From IMG/VR virus record IMGVR_UViG_3300030380_005307, positions 1 through 58,602 of that record: a DNA stretch of 58,602 bases; one strand, 5' to 3'. Below, piece by piece: positions 47,672-57,296 of the stretch (positions within the stretch are counted from its first letter, which is position 1; every line of letters starts with the position of its first letter). The notes under the pieces are model-generated. The model saw only the letters and a program-made list of their open reading frames with translations, did not search any database and was not told the DNA's origin. This stretch comes from a virus. Taxonomy: Duplodnaviria > Caudoviricetes. Made by a program: the position numbers and the translations under genes.

Positions 47672-48158
47672 TATCTGAGCTTGTATTAATTAAATGTGTT
47701 TTTTGCTTACTACCTGCGGAAGATCCAAAATAATAACCTATAACTTGAGTAAAGGCAGCTACTACTGCACCAAAACCCATATCAAACAATCTCTGTGATT
47801 CTTTAGGTATTTCCCATAGTCCAATAGCCCCTGCAACTACGCCGATAAAACACAAAGTAATACCCCAGCCGACCGTTTTAAAAAGCAAGTCGTTTGATCC
47901 TGCAGCTAAAGCCGTCATTTCTCTTTGTCTAGCTGAGGCTCTATCAGCCACTTCAGCTTCATACGCCTCTAGCACCATTTCTTGAGCTCTTATTTTGTCC
48001 TCTGGTGGAGCGTCAGAATTTTTAATAGAATTTACGACTTCCTCTACAGACATATCACCTTGAACTAATTTACCTAAAGTTGGGTTTATCAATCCAATAG
48101 AAGCTTTTAATATACGTCCAACTGTTGTTTGTCCAAACTTTTTTTTAGGCTTGCTCAT
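47658..48158 (-). CDS. Holin-like membrane protein
   Basis: DRASAR.RE...two TM helices...YYFGSS pattern, adjacent to the endolysin. Likely start is MSKPKKK at 48158. Confidence 0.65.
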   Translation of the reverse strand: MSKPKKKFGQTTVGRILKASIGLINPTLGKLVQGDMSVEEVVNSIKNSDAPPEDKIRAQEMVLEAYEAEVADRASARQREMTALAAGSNDLLFKTVGWGITLCFIGVVAGAIGLWEIPKESQRLFDMGFGAVVAAFTQVIGYYFGSSAGSKQKTHLINTSSDNDKL

Positions 48159-48615
48159 ATAATTTATATTTTGTTTTTCCGTCTTGCTTATATGCTTGAA
48201 GTATTTTTCCTCTGTTTTCTTCATTAGATACATAGCTAACATGAATCCAGTCAGGATTTTTATCATCTCCAAACTCCCAAATTATCTGATCAAAATTTAA
48301 TTCATTTTTAATATAATTAAACATTTCAGCATTGGTTTTATATCCGAAAGTATCGTCTAAATCCATAGCTCTACCTTGGCAATGCTGAGACTGGCTACTA
48401 CCTCCAATAGCAGTATTTAAATCTTCACATCTATAAAATGAATTTATTTTGATTGGACCACCAACATAACGCCTAAGTGGTTCAAATATGTTTATAGCAA
48501 CTGCAGTCATGTTGCTAAGGGCATAAGCCGTAGGTGTATTGTCTATGTTTAGCCTTGTTGCGGTATTAGATTTAGTTGCTTCTTTATATGAAACATGATT
48601 ACTTATTCTTTCCAT
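48145..48615 (-). CDS. Peptidase M15 endolysin
   Basis: SFYRC..LN..IGG...SQH..GRAMD...WIHVS zinc-peptidase motifs. Confidence 0.88.
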   Translation of the reverse strand: MERISNHVSYKEATKSNTATRLNIDNTPTAYALSNMTAVAINIFEPLRRYVGGPIKINSFYRCEDLNTAIGGSSQSQHCQGRAMDLDDTFGYKTNAEMFNYIKNELNFDQIIWEFGDDKNPDWIHVSYVSNEENRGKILQAYKQDGKTKYKLYEQA

Positions 48616-48784
48616 ACATTATGTACCACTTATGTAAAGTATAGCCGATTGCAATAGCTGTAGCTAAGATTTTCAGCGCTACATCAATATCAGTCATAGA
48701 GGTGGCTAAAGCACCAATATTAAGACTGTATATTTTTAGGTCTGTCAATTTCTCCGTTTTTAGATTCAACATAATCATAAACAA
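48599..48784 (-). CDS. Small membrane protein (lysis module)
   Basis: Hydrophobic helix; overlaps the endolysin start. True start probably slightly downstream of 48784. Confidence 0.55.
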   Translation of the reverse strand: MFMIMLNLKTEKLTDLKIYSLNIGALATSMTDIDVALKILATAIAIGYTLHKWYIMYGKNK

Positions 48785-48824
48785 AATTAATATTACCAGC
48801 AGAAGTATTTGTAAAAAACATAAA

Positions 48825-49124
48825 CTATCTTTTTTTGATTTTTTTGCCTATTCTTTTTTGTCCTTGAACAGCTTTGGGAACATGGCTTATTTGTTTACCA
48901 ACTTCTTTAATTGCTATTGATACGTCTTTAAGTTCTTGACCTACTCTGTCTACCTTATTTGAAACATCTGCTTTAATATCCGCAAATTTTTCCTCTAAAA
49001 TGTCGGGGATCATATTGTTGTTTTCATCTTTAGTAAATCCTTTTTTTGCAAGCATAATAGCTACCACCATGTTAAGTACTATTAATACCCCTACCATTAC
49101 TATAATTATTATTATTATATCCAT
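48825..49124 (-). CDS. Membrane-anchored coiled-coil protein
   Basis: Long N-terminal TM segment followed by a helical region. Confidence 0.65.
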   Translation of the reverse strand: MDIIIIIIVMVGVLIVLNMVVAIMLAKKGFTKDENNNMIPDILEEKFADIKADVSNKVDRVGQELKDVSIAIKEVGKQISHVPKAVQGQKRIGKKIKKR

Positions 49125-49132
49125 AAATTATT

Positions 49133-52100
49133 TTATTTAAATGCCATATATAGGTATGTATCACCCGATTTATTCCATTGTACAGAAGATGCAACAGACC
49201 CTCTGGTTACACTAAATCCACCAGAAATAAATTGACCTGAGCCATAAGAAGAAGGAGTATTTGCGTTTTGATTAAAAGATTCGTTTGCATATAAATTATT
49301 TCCACCACCCCTTGCTTTGTCTATTATATCCCAATTGCCACCGGCGCTATCTACATTTTTAACCATTACAAAACTTGGGTCAAAACCAAGCCCTGTTATT
49401 TGTTTACTATTATCATTTGTACCATCCCCTTCATAGGTCGATATAGAGCTTTGCCCCGATACTGAATGCCAAGAATACATTACATAAGTATTATTAGCAC
49501 CATTAACGAACCAATCAGTTTTTACTTTTACAACACTATCTGTAGCGGCGCCATTAAAAAAATAATTAATAGCAGTGTAATAAGCTGCGGATGAATTTAA
49601 ATAAAAAGCACCAGTCCAATTGTTTGAAGCTAAAACGCCTGTTCCTACAACCCAAGCCCCTGCACCTCCACTTTGTCCAGTTCCGCCAGTTCCTTTAATA
49701 AAAACTATATCAGGGGCTTGAGTCAGCCCGTGACCAACTTCAGCGTTAGTTGCATTAGGATAGCCAACACCTGTAAATGTTGCAATACTAAACCCTGAGC
49801 CAGTATTGGCACTAACTTGACTGTCAATAGTGCCTTCTTCGTTTAAGACCGCATTACCTCCTGCTTTCCAATTCCAAGCTACAAAGTCTTGACCGCTTTG
49901 ATTTACATCACCAGCTTGCAAAGGAGCGATAAATCCATTTGCTTCAAAGCTAGTTATTATCTGTCCAGAAGCTGTTGCATTTACAGCTGTCTGATTAGAA
50001 GATAGTGACCCTGCACTTGCTGTTCTTACAACATCAAAAAGTCTATTATTACTTGAAAAAGTTATACCCTTAACCCATAAAAGGTCAGGCTGAAAACCTA
50101 CGTTTGAAACGTAAGATGAATTGCCCTCATACAATGTAGCTGCAAAGTTAGATGTATCAGCACAAGGCTTTTCGTTGTAAAGTTCGGATACTTGGCTACT
50201 TGTAAGCGCAGTTTCAAATATCCTTACTTGGTCAATACTACCTTCAAAAAACCTTGCCGCACTGCCACTCCAAGTTCCTCCAATAGATGTATTGTAAGTT
50301 GTGTTATCTACAAATGAACCGGAAATTCCATCTACAAGACTTGTGTCCTCTGTACCATTTATATACATTTTAATACTATCAGTAACACTGCTAAAATCTA
50401 CACTTACTGCAATATGTGTCCAAGTATCATCAGCAATAGATACTGAACTATAAGTTTGTTGTACCCCTCCCATAGCTGAACTTGCTACAGAAAAAGAAAG
50501 CCTTTGATTTGGTGCATTGCCATAGCCAGTAGAAATACCCCACCCTCCCGTAGCTGTTGTAAGTCCATCTCCGATAATCATATTATCGTTAGAATTATCG
50601 GTTACAAATATCCAAGCAGAAAAAGTCATAGTTTTGGTTGCATAAGTAAACCCACTCCCCAAAATATCTTTTATGATACTACTACTTCCATTAAACACCG
50701 CAGCTTGATTAAAACGGCCAAAGGCATAGAAAACGTCTGTAGAGGTTCCATCATAAACTCCAGTCTCGTCATCAGCGGAGTTGTCTAATTTGTAATATGC
50801 AAGGTTTGTAGTAGGGTAATTTGTAGTGTCTGTTGTACAAGTGTAATTACAAGGGTTTTCTGCGACAAGAACGTCAATTTCTTCCTGGGATAACGATTTT
50901 CTAAAAAATCTTACTTGATCTATATCCCCAGTAAAGTAGTAATTTGAACTAAACCACGATCCAATGGATGCGGTTTGCGTTCCCGAATCTACTCCATTGT
51001 TATTAGTAGCAGTACCTATAGAACTTCCATTTACAAAAGCTTCATAACTACTGCCCGATACAACCAAAGCAAAATGATACCAAGTATTTGCCGATATAGT
51101 GCTTGTTGGATTACTTCCCGCAGTCCCGGAATAAGCGGTTATTGTCCCATTTGAATTAGTTATTTGCACTCCAATTCTTCCGTTTGATAGACCAGTTCCA
51201 TTCATAAAAAAAGGCATTCCATAGCCGTTTGATCCGGGATTTGAGCCATCCCAATTAAACCAAAGGGAAAAACTTTTATTAGCAACATCAAAAGCAGATA
51301 TAAAAGAACTTCCTAAAACAATATCTGCCGCTACCGTACTACCATCAAAAAATCCTGCTGTATTTATCTGTCCTTCTACTCCGAACAGAACGTTTGAAGG
51401 TGTGCCATCATATAATCCTCCAGCGTCTGAAGCATCATAATCGAGAGTGTATAAAGCTACACCTGCACCTTCGTTAAAAAGGTTTGTGTTTGAGGTTGTT
51501 GAATCTGTTTCGTTATAAAGAACATTTAGTTCAGAGGCAGAAAGCGCTCTGTTAAACACTCTCACTTGGTCTAAAAGACCATACATTGTTCTGCTAGCAT
51601 TATATGGCCCTAAATTCCCTAAAGTTAAATTTATACTATTAGAGCGCAATGAAAGACTTACGGCTGATGTAGTTATAGCACCATTTAAATTAAGGGATAT
51701 TTGGTTTTTGTCGTCAATTGAAAAAGCAACAAAATTCCATTGATTTAATGGAACAGTGCCTCCAGTAACAGTAATACTGCCAGAAGTTAAATTACTAAAA
51801 AAACTTAAAGTGCCGTTATTGACATAAAATATCCAAGATTGATTACCCGAACTTCCGTTCCAATAAGCACCTGCAATTGAATAATAATCACTACCTCCAC
51901 TATTTTGTGTAAAATACACCCAAGCAGACAAAGAAAATGAGTTGCCTAATATTGTGGGAGATATACTTGTTGTAAAATAATCAGTATCGCTGTTTGATAA
52001 AGAAGCGGCTTGACCAAATTTTCCAGTTACATATGAAGGACTTCCTTGGGTAGTCGCATTATAATTTGTTGTTGCATCATTTGCATTACCGTTAAACTGA

Positions 52101-52210
52101 TATACAGCTATATTGCTACTATATGCACCGTCAGCGCCAAATACTTGTACTGAGTCTGTCAAGCATTGAGCTACTCCTCCTGTTGCAAGTAATTGTCCAT
52201 TAAAACTCAT
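49133..52210 (-). CDS. Tail fibre / receptor-binding protein with three LamG (ConA-like) domains
   Basis: Three repeats of F/SxSAW...W.H.A...G.IDQVR.F..AL; C-terminal VGFQPDLLWVK...VAWNWKAG domain. Confidence 0.8.
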   Translation of the reverse strand: MSFNGQLLATGGVAQCLTDSVQVFGADGAYSSNIAVYQFNGNANDATTNYNATTQGSPSYVTGKFGQAASLSNSDTDYFTTSISPTILGNSFSLSAWVYFTQNSGGSDYYSIAGAYWNGSSGNQSWIFYVNNGTLSFFSNLTSGSITVTGGTVPLNQWNFVAFSIDDKNQISLNLNGAITTSAVSLSLRSNSINLTLGNLGPYNASRTMYGLLDQVRVFNRALSASELNVLYNETDSTTSNTNLFNEGAGVALYTLDYDASDAGGLYDGTPSNVLFGVEGQINTAGFFDGSTVAADIVLGSSFISAFDVANKSFSLWFNWDGSNPGSNGYGMPFFMNGTGLSNGRIGVQITNSNGTITAYSGTAGSNPTSTISANTWYHFALVVSGSSYEAFVNGSSIGTATNNNGVDSGTQTASIGSWFSSNYYFTGDIDQVRFFRKSLSQEEIDVLVAENPCNYTCTTDTTNYPTTNLAYYKLDNSADDETGVYDGTSTDVFYAFGRFNQAAVFNGSSSIIKDILGSGFTYATKTMTFSAWIFVTDNSNDNMIIGDGLTTATGGWGISTGYGNAPNQRLSFSVASSAMGGVQQTYSSVSIADDTWTHIAVSVDFSSVTDSIKMYINGTEDTSLVDGISGSFVDNTTYNTSIGGTWSGSAARFFEGSIDQVRIFETALTSSQVSELYNEKPCADTSNFAATLYEGNSSYVSNVGFQPDLLWVKGITFSSNNRLFDVVRTASAGSLSSNQTAVNATASGQIITSFEANGFIAPLQAGDVNQSGQDFVAWNWKAGGNAVLNEEGTIDSQVSANTGSGFSIATFTGVGYPNATNAEVGHGLTQAPDIVFIKGTGGTGQSGGAGAWVVGTGVLASNNWTGAFYLNSSAAYYTAINYFFNGAATDSVVKVKTDWFVNGANNTYVMYSWHSVSGQSSISTYEGDGTNDNSKQITGLGFDPSFVMVKNVDSAGGNWDIIDKARGGGNNLYANESFNQNANTPSSYGSGQFISGGFSVTRGSVASSVQWNKSGDTYLYMAFK

Positions 52211-52212
52211 GT

Positions 52213-52770
52213 TTATTCTGGTAATTCAGAGGGTGGAAAGAAAGTTTTATTATATTGTAATACTTCAGCATATGTTGTTAAAGCAGATACTTCAGCTTCT
52301 TTTCTATCACACTCGGTTAATATTTTAGCTCGCTCTGTTGCAGTAGCTGTACTTATTTCTACTCCTCTCTCAGCTTTACGTATAACTTCCCAATCAGTAG
52401 GTTCTAATAATACACCTGCTTTTGCTTTTAGTTCTATTATTGTTGTAGATTTTAATGCATCTATATCATAAACAGGAAGTTTATTACCCGTTGGATTACC
52501 CTCTTCGTCAACTTCATCATAAGTAGCATCAAAGTCTTTGTCAGTTATAGGAAATGTAAATATCTTGTTTTCTTCATCCCATTGTAATCCACCTTTATTT
52601 TGTGTGAGTGGGTTATAACTTGGCTTTACTAAATCATAAAAACCTTCGGCCTCTAGTTCTGCTGTATCCGATTTACTGAAGTTAAGCACCGCGCTGCCAT
52701 TTGATTTGGTATATGTATTGGGTAATTGCTTGTACGTTATAATATTTCCGTCTATTAGTTTTGCCTTCAT
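52213..52770 (-). CDS. Tail fibre assembly chaperone-like protein
   Basis: L..TDW.VIRK.E...R motif; lies between fibre genes. Confidence 0.6.
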   Translation of the reverse strand: MKAKLIDGNIITYKQLPNTYTKSNGSAVLNFSKSDTAELEAEGFYDLVKPSYNPLTQNKGGLQWDEENKIFTFPITDKDFDATYDEVDEEGNPTGNKLPVYDIDALKSTTIIELKAKAGVLLEPTDWEVIRKAERGVEISTATATERAKILTECDRKEAEVSALTTYAEVLQYNKTFFPPSELPE

Positions 52771-52771
52771 A

Positions 52772-54277
52772 TTATCCTGGTGTTGAATCGCTTTGGAATG
52801 TTGCTACTGAGTAATGATATACTTTTGCACCCACAGCATCATCCGTGCAAATAATTTGTATTAGATTGTTTGTGGTAGAATCATATTCCACTGAGCCCAC
52901 TCTGTTAAATGTGCTGCCTGTTTCTGCAAATGTCAGTGTATAATTACCACTAACAATTAAATCTACAACTTGTCCCTGAACAGCATTGCTAAAGTTAAAT
53001 GTAGCATTATTGCTTGCTGAAGCAGTAAATGTAGTAGCAGTCGCAAAATCTAAAGCGAAAGTTATACCAGAACCAAGTGCTGAAAGTCCCGTATATCTGT
53101 CGTTAAGAGAAACAATCGAACCACCCATTCCAGAGTGATTTGAGCAATAATAATAAAGTGCAGGTGAATTTTGATTAATTCTTATTCGAACTCTAGCTGT
53201 TCCAGTACCACTTGAATATGTAGTACTATTTGTAACATAATCTGTTTGAGTTACGGGTGTTAATGTGTTTTGTGATGCACTTCCGTAATATTGTATTCCA
53301 GTAGCATAAGGAGTAGATCCATCTAACACTTCTCCTAATTCTATGGGGTGTCCACTGTTAGTGGATGCATCTTGATTAAACTCATATGTAAAACCTTGTG
53401 GTAGATTTATAATAGGCTGGTAATCTCCATCTATATACAATAAATTTCCACTACCAGGATTTACCATGGTTACAACAAGCTCAGAAGTTTGATCTAATAA
53501 TAACTGGTCGGTAGCAGCAGCTTTTGTTTGAATCCCTCCACCGACTTGTACACTATTAACTACTGTTCCATCATTTTCTTTTATTTGAGCAAGATTGCCA
53601 GCTGTAATTAGCTGATTAGTTCCAGCTGAATCTCCACCGGCTAAAGTCCAAAGTGCTACTGTTGTGTCTAGAGTTATTGTAACTGTGTCAGTCGCAGAAA
53701 CAGCTGTATTTAAATATGTACCACCGGTAAAAGTAACAACATCACCATTGCCTATGGTCTCAGTATTAGAACCGTCGGAAATATCAAAGCCTGAAAACCC
53801 TCCCGCAGGAGTACCCCAAGTTCCGTCTCCCTTTAAAAAAGTAGAGCCAGTTCCCCCTGTGGGTACATAACCAATATTTGTTGTCCCCGCATATGAATGT
53901 GCGATTATCTTAACATCACCGGTCGTTGGTGAGACTGTGATAGGATCTCCAGTTGAAGTCAAAGTAGAACCTTTATCTACTGTAGTTACGGCCCCGGATG
54001 CACTTATAGTAAATCCAGAAGCTGTGACACTTGAGAAAGCTATTCCACTGCCTTTAGTAATTGTAATTATGTCATCCGTGGCTGTGCCTCCAGGTTTTGT
54101 GCCATCTAAGGTTAAAAGCACATTATCACCTGAAGAAGATGATTGTAGAGTATATGTTGTGTCTAAATTAGCTGGAGGTATTTGGACATTTAAGTTGCCA
54201 GATGCTGTATATCCTACAATTCTTGTAATATTAGCTGCATCTGTTTCTTGGGTAAACTGTGAAAACTTAACTGCCAT
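52772..54277 (-). CDS. Tail fibre/structural protein with cupredoxin-like insert
   Basis: Thr/Gly-rich; FLKGDGTW; YEFNQ...N.GHP...LYYYCSNHSGMGG. Confidence 0.7.
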   Translation of the reverse strand: MAVKFSQFTQETDAANITRIVGYTASGNLNVQIPPANLDTTYTLQSSSSGDNVLLTLDGTKPGGTATDDIITITKGSGIAFSSVTASGFTISASGAVTTVDKGSTLTSTGDPITVSPTTGDVKIIAHSYAGTTNIGYVPTGGTGSTFLKGDGTWGTPAGGFSGFDISDGSNTETIGNGDVVTFTGGTYLNTAVSATDTVTITLDTTVALWTLAGGDSAGTNQLITAGNLAQIKENDGTVVNSVQVGGGIQTKAAATDQLLLDQTSELVVTMVNPGSGNLLYIDGDYQPIINLPQGFTYEFNQDASTNSGHPIELGEVLDGSTPYATGIQYYGSASQNTLTPVTQTDYVTNSTTYSSGTGTARVRIRINQNSPALYYYCSNHSGMGGSIVSLNDRYTGLSALGSGITFALDFATATTFTASASNNATFNFSNAVQGQVVDLIVSGNYTLTFAETGSTFNRVGSVEYDSTTNNLIQIICTDDAVGAKVYHYSVATFQSDSTPG

Positions 54278-54287
54278 TTTATTTCTT

Positions 54288-54428
54288 TTATTCTATTATT
54301 AATTCTTGACTAGAAGCTTCCGTAACAATTTGATCGGAGGCTTCTGTTACTATTTTTTGCAAAGTAGGAGTGCCTCCGTTGTTGAAGGTCGATCCTATTA
54401 TATTTCCAATTGCAATGACACTTATCAT
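54288..54428 (-). CDS. Small virion-associated protein (46 aa)
   Basis: Manual translation with an IVTEAS duplicate. Confidence 0.55.
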   Translation of the reverse strand: MISVIAIGNIIGSTFNNGGTPTLQKIVTEASDQIVTEASSQELIIE

Positions 54429-54450
54429 TGTATTATTATAACAATACCTA

Positions 54451-54954
54451 TTACCACAATGCTATAATATTAGTGGCAGTCGTACCAGTGCTAAAAACCT
54501 TTTGAACCTGTACAGGGAAGAAAGTTCCTTGTAGTACACCCACAAAAGTAACTTCATCACCAGCGATTGTTGTAACTTTAATATTCCCAGCTCCACCAAT
54601 ATATAAAACCGAACCCTCTTGAGTCCCACCGTATATAGCATAATCTTTTCCGCTAACCGAAAATATGTTATCATCTACATTTAATGTCGTACCATCAACC
54701 ACATTTTTAACGGTTGTTTGGCTGCCATCTGAAGTATTAACTATGACCATACCTGGTTTTATGCCAGCCAAAAGGAAACTTAAAGTAGCCATATTATCAG
54801 GATCAGTCCCTACTCTATTAGCGTCAATAAGCTGAGTGGTGCTACCTGAAGTCGTAGTTCCCGTAGCCCCTCCTACACCAATATCTGGTATTACTGTATT
54901 ATCACTTGGATATACTGACCATGCTTTTCCTGCTTGTAATTTTTGATATGCCAT
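54451..54954 (-). CDS. Virion structural protein
   Basis: LYIGGAGNIKV...F..V..GTFFPVQV..V..TGTTATNIIALW. Confidence 0.65.
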   Translation of the reverse strand: MAYQKLQAGKAWSVYPSDNTVIPDIGVGGATGTTTSGSTTQLIDANRVGTDPDNMATLSFLLAGIKPGMVIVNTSDGSQTTVKNVVDGTTLNVDDNIFSVSGKDYAIYGGTQEGSVLYIGGAGNIKVTTIAGDEVTFVGVLQGTFFPVQVQKVFSTGTTATNIIALW

Positions 54955-54955
54955 T

Positions 54956-55114
54956 TTAATATCTTTTATAAGGGAAAACTCGATTTAAAGTGTCGCGTCT
55001 TTCATCGCATCCGCAGTCGGTGTTAGTTGCCTCGGCAACTTTATCAACGACGTATTTTATTCCGGTCGCTTTTGTAAATTTAGCTACACTATCTCCGAGA
55101 CCTCTTGATTTCAT
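54956..55114 (-). CDS. Small protein (52 aa, GLGD...CGC..R...LN)
   Basis: Manual translation. Confidence 0.7.
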   Translation of the reverse strand: MKSRGLGDSVAKFTKATGIKYVVDKVAEATNTDCGCDERRDTLNRVFPYKRY

Positions 55115-55116
55115 AT

Positions 55117-55323
55117 TTATTTTTTACAGCCAAAATTGTTAGCAAAGTTAGCCATTGCTACAACATTCTTGGAATATTTTCCCTTATTGCGCATAACAGC
55201 TGAAGCGGCACTACATGTGCTTTTGCCAGGCATGTTATTTTTTACCCAACGAGTAAATTTCCCCTGGTTTTTATCCTTAATCATAGGAAAAGCATCCTTG
55301 CTAGTTCTGCCTCTTTTAGCCAT
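55117..55323 (-). CDS. Small basic protein
   Basis: ORF track; coupled start/stop. Confidence 0.7.
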   Translation of the reverse strand: MAKRGRTSKDAFPMIKDKNQGKFTRWVKNNMPGKSTCSAASAVMRNKGKYSKNVVAMANFANNFGCKK

Positions 55324-55550
55324 TATTTTCTAATTAACATAGATAAATGATCCTTAACGCTTCTTTTTTCGCCATGAGATTCGTAAGTCATTGAGTGATC
55401 ACCTCCATAAGCATGTCCATATAATTTCTTAGACATCCCTTTGCTTTCATCTCTTCTAGCTTTCATGCTTTGAGATTTTTTTCCGTCCTTCATACCAATA
55501 GACTCATCGAGTCTGGCATTGTATCCTTGAGAATATTTTACTGTAGGCAT
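55323..55550 (-). CDS. Small basic protein
   Basis: ORF track; promoter element at 55579-55586. Confidence 0.7.
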   Translation of the reverse strand: MPTVKYSQGYNARLDESIGMKDGKKSQSMKARRDESKGMSKKLYGHAYGGDHSMTYESHGEKRSVKDHLSMLIRK

Positions 55551-55586
55551 TTTTAAAAATTTTTAATTAAACATATTACAAATATA

Positions 55587-55877
55587 CTAATATTTTCCTT
55601 GCCTATTTTTGGGAGAACTTTTTGTAGATCCTCCTGGACCAGACCATAATTTTTTACAAGACCAGTACCTTGCTGTAAGCTTTGATTTAGCTGTGCCACA
55701 TTTATGTCTAGCCCTAAAAGATTTTCTAGCTGCCGAAGAATAATTATGACCATAGCCCGTTGCACCAAAATGAATAAGTTTTTCTTTACCCCCCTCGCAA
55801 CCTTTTACCATTTTTTTCTTTCCAGCTCTGTCGCTTTTCATTACGACATTGCATTTCATTTTGGATTTCTCAGCCAT
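55587..55877 (-). CDS. Small basic protein (K.IHFG...RKSFRARH.C...ARYWSC)
   Basis: ORF track. Confidence 0.75.
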   Translation of the reverse strand: MAEKSKMKCNVVMKSDRAGKKKMVKGCEGGKEKLIHFGATGYGHNYSSAARKSFRARHKCGTAKSKLTARYWSCKKLWSGPGGSTKSSPKNRQGKY

Positions 55878-56110
55878 TATGCATTTCTTACGGTTGAAGT
55901 ATTTTTTACGAATTGGCGTTTCCCACCTGATGCTTTTTTCTTTCTAGCTGTTGCCGCTAGTGCTCTTTTTGAAAGCCTTTTAGCTTTGGATAATGGCAAA
56001 CATCTATCTGGATTTTTTTTGTTTTTGCTAGTTCCACATGGTCCTTTTATTTTGCCATCTGTTCCTATACGAACCCACTTTTGTTCTCGCCATTTTTTTA
56101 ATTCACCCAT
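55877..56110 (-). CDS. Small basic protein (L.KW..QKW...CG...CLP)
   Basis: ORF track. Confidence 0.75.
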   Translation of the reverse strand: MGELKKWREQKWVRIGTDGKIKGPCGTSKNKKNPDRCLPLSKAKRLSKRALAATARKKKASGGKRQFVKNTSTVRNA

Positions 56111-56111
56111 T

Positions 56112-56246
56112 TTATTTTTTCATTGTTGCACCAGCTATTCTATCAGCTTGTGTTGCATTCGGGTTGTTATCAATACCAGCTTTTACACTTAGCATTCCGA
56201 AAGTACTTCTTTTTTTCTTTCGGCTTTTTTTATCCATTTTACTCAT
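56112..56246 (-). CDS. Small basic protein (44 aa)
   Basis: Manual translation MSKMDKKSRKKKRSTFGMLSVKAGIDNNPNATQADRIAGATMKK. Confidence 0.65.
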   Translation of the reverse strand: MSKMDKKSRKKKRSTFGMLSVKAGIDNNPNATQADRIAGATMKK

Positions 56247-56248
56247 AA

Positions 56249-56329
56249 CTATTTATTTAAGTGCGATCCATCACAGAAACCTTCTGTATTAGATGTATTT
56301 CCGCATGCGCACATTGGTTCCTTTTTCAT
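56249..56329 (-). CDS. 26-aa CDGSH iron-sulfur motif peptide
   Basis: MKKEPMCACGNTSNTEGFCDGSHLNK; ATGA overlap with the upstream stop. Confidence 0.75.
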   Translation of the reverse strand: MKKEPMCACGNTSNTEGFCDGSHLNK

Positions 56330-56448
56330 TTCTTTTTACTTTTATTCATTGATTTTAGCATTCTGTCTATCTTTGCCGCTTGGCCTTTGTGCATAGCAGA
56401 AGCTTTTCTAAGTTGTGAAGCAATTTCTTTAAGTTTTTTACCGTCCAT
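56326..56448 (-). CDS. Small basic protein (40 aa)
   Basis: Manual translation MDGKKLKEIASQLRKASAMHKGQA... Confidence 0.65.
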   Translation of the reverse strand: MDGKKLKEIASQLRKASAMHKGQAAKIDRMLKSMNKSKKK

Positions 56449-56603
56449 TATCTTTTACTTTTTTTTGCGTAGTTAGGGTCTTTACAATATTTGCTTGCAG
56501 CCATATTTGCATAGGCTGATGGATATTTGTCAAAGGTACGCTTTGCCCAAGCAATTCCTGCTGGGCAAATTTTATTACCTTTTGTGCGTCCTTTCTTAGC
56601 CAT
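56448..56603 (-). CDS. Small basic protein (51 aa, YPSAYAN motif)
   Basis: Manual translation; TAATG coupling at both ends. Confidence 0.7.
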   Translation of the reverse strand: MAKKGRTKGNKICPAGIAWAKRTFDKYPSAYANMAASKYCKDPNYAKKSKR

Positions 56604-56755
56604 TAGTATCCAGACTTAGTTTTTTTCTCCATTCCATAACCAGGATTGTAAGAAATTTTTCCTTTCATCATTTTTGCAAATGAATCAGCCTGTGCTTTCC
56701 CTACAGCGTTGTAAGGAAATGTTCTAGACATGTTTTTAACTTTTACAGTCGGCAT
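56603..56755 (-). CDS. Small basic protein (50 aa)
   Basis: Manual translation MPTVKVKNMSRTFPYNAVGK... Confidence 0.65.
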   Translation of the reverse strand: MPTVKVKNMSRTFPYNAVGKAQADSFAKMMKGKISYNPGYGMEKKTKSGY

Positions 56756-56766
56756 AATATTTAATT

Positions 56767-56898
56767 TTAAAGTTCAACAATATCCCACCTTTCACCTGTC
56801 CAAACTCTCTTTGTTTTTGGAGAAGCGGGTTTCTTTTCTACAGGAGCCTCTTGTACTTTTGGCTCTTGTTTTTTAGCGGTCTTTTTTTTCGCTGCCAT
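56767..56898 (-). CDS. Small Lys-rich protein (43 aa)
   Basis: Manual translation MAAKKKTAKKQEPKV... Confidence 0.6.
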   Translation of the reverse strand: MAAKKKTAKKQEPKVQEAPVEKKPASPKTKRVWTGERWDIVEL

Positions 56899-56933
56899 AA
56901 TTTATAATTTTTAGTGAAGTTAAATTAAATTTT

Positions 56934-57296
56934 TTATTTTTTATTTTTTAACTCAAAATACACTCCAGCAATTGAAAGCTTATTTACTATTTCTTTTTGC
57001 ATTTCTATAAGCATTCCCTCTAACTCATCCTTCTGTTGAATTAATTGCTGAACCTGACCTTGTAGTTTTTCATTCCTGTTTTTAAGTTCTTGAACTTCAT
57101 TGGGGTTTCTTCCAATAATTGTAAAAAGTATTACTGATAATGAACCAGAAATAACCCCTACAATAGATACAAACAAATCTTTGTTTTCGGTTGGTATGGT
57201 ATTGTAAGATAAAAAAAACAGTAAGCCAATAACTACTAAAAATATACCTAGAGCTCCTGCATAATTTCTTATATCCTTACCAATATCCTTTTGCAT
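56934..57296 (-). CDS. Two-TM membrane protein with coiled coil
   Basis: ORF track; promoter element at 57320-57327. Confidence 0.75.
   Translation of the reverse strand: MQKDIGKDIRNYAGALGIFLVVIGLLFFLSYNTIPTENKDLFVSIVGVISGSLSVILFTIIGRNPNEVQELKNRNEKLQGQVQQLIQQKDELEGMLIEMQKEIVNKLSIAGVYFELKNKK

Noticed and set aside
49133-52210. Diversity-generating retroelement target in the tail fibre
   Set aside because: No reverse transcriptase gene and no near-identical template/variable repeat pair noticed; the LamG repeats are highly diverged.
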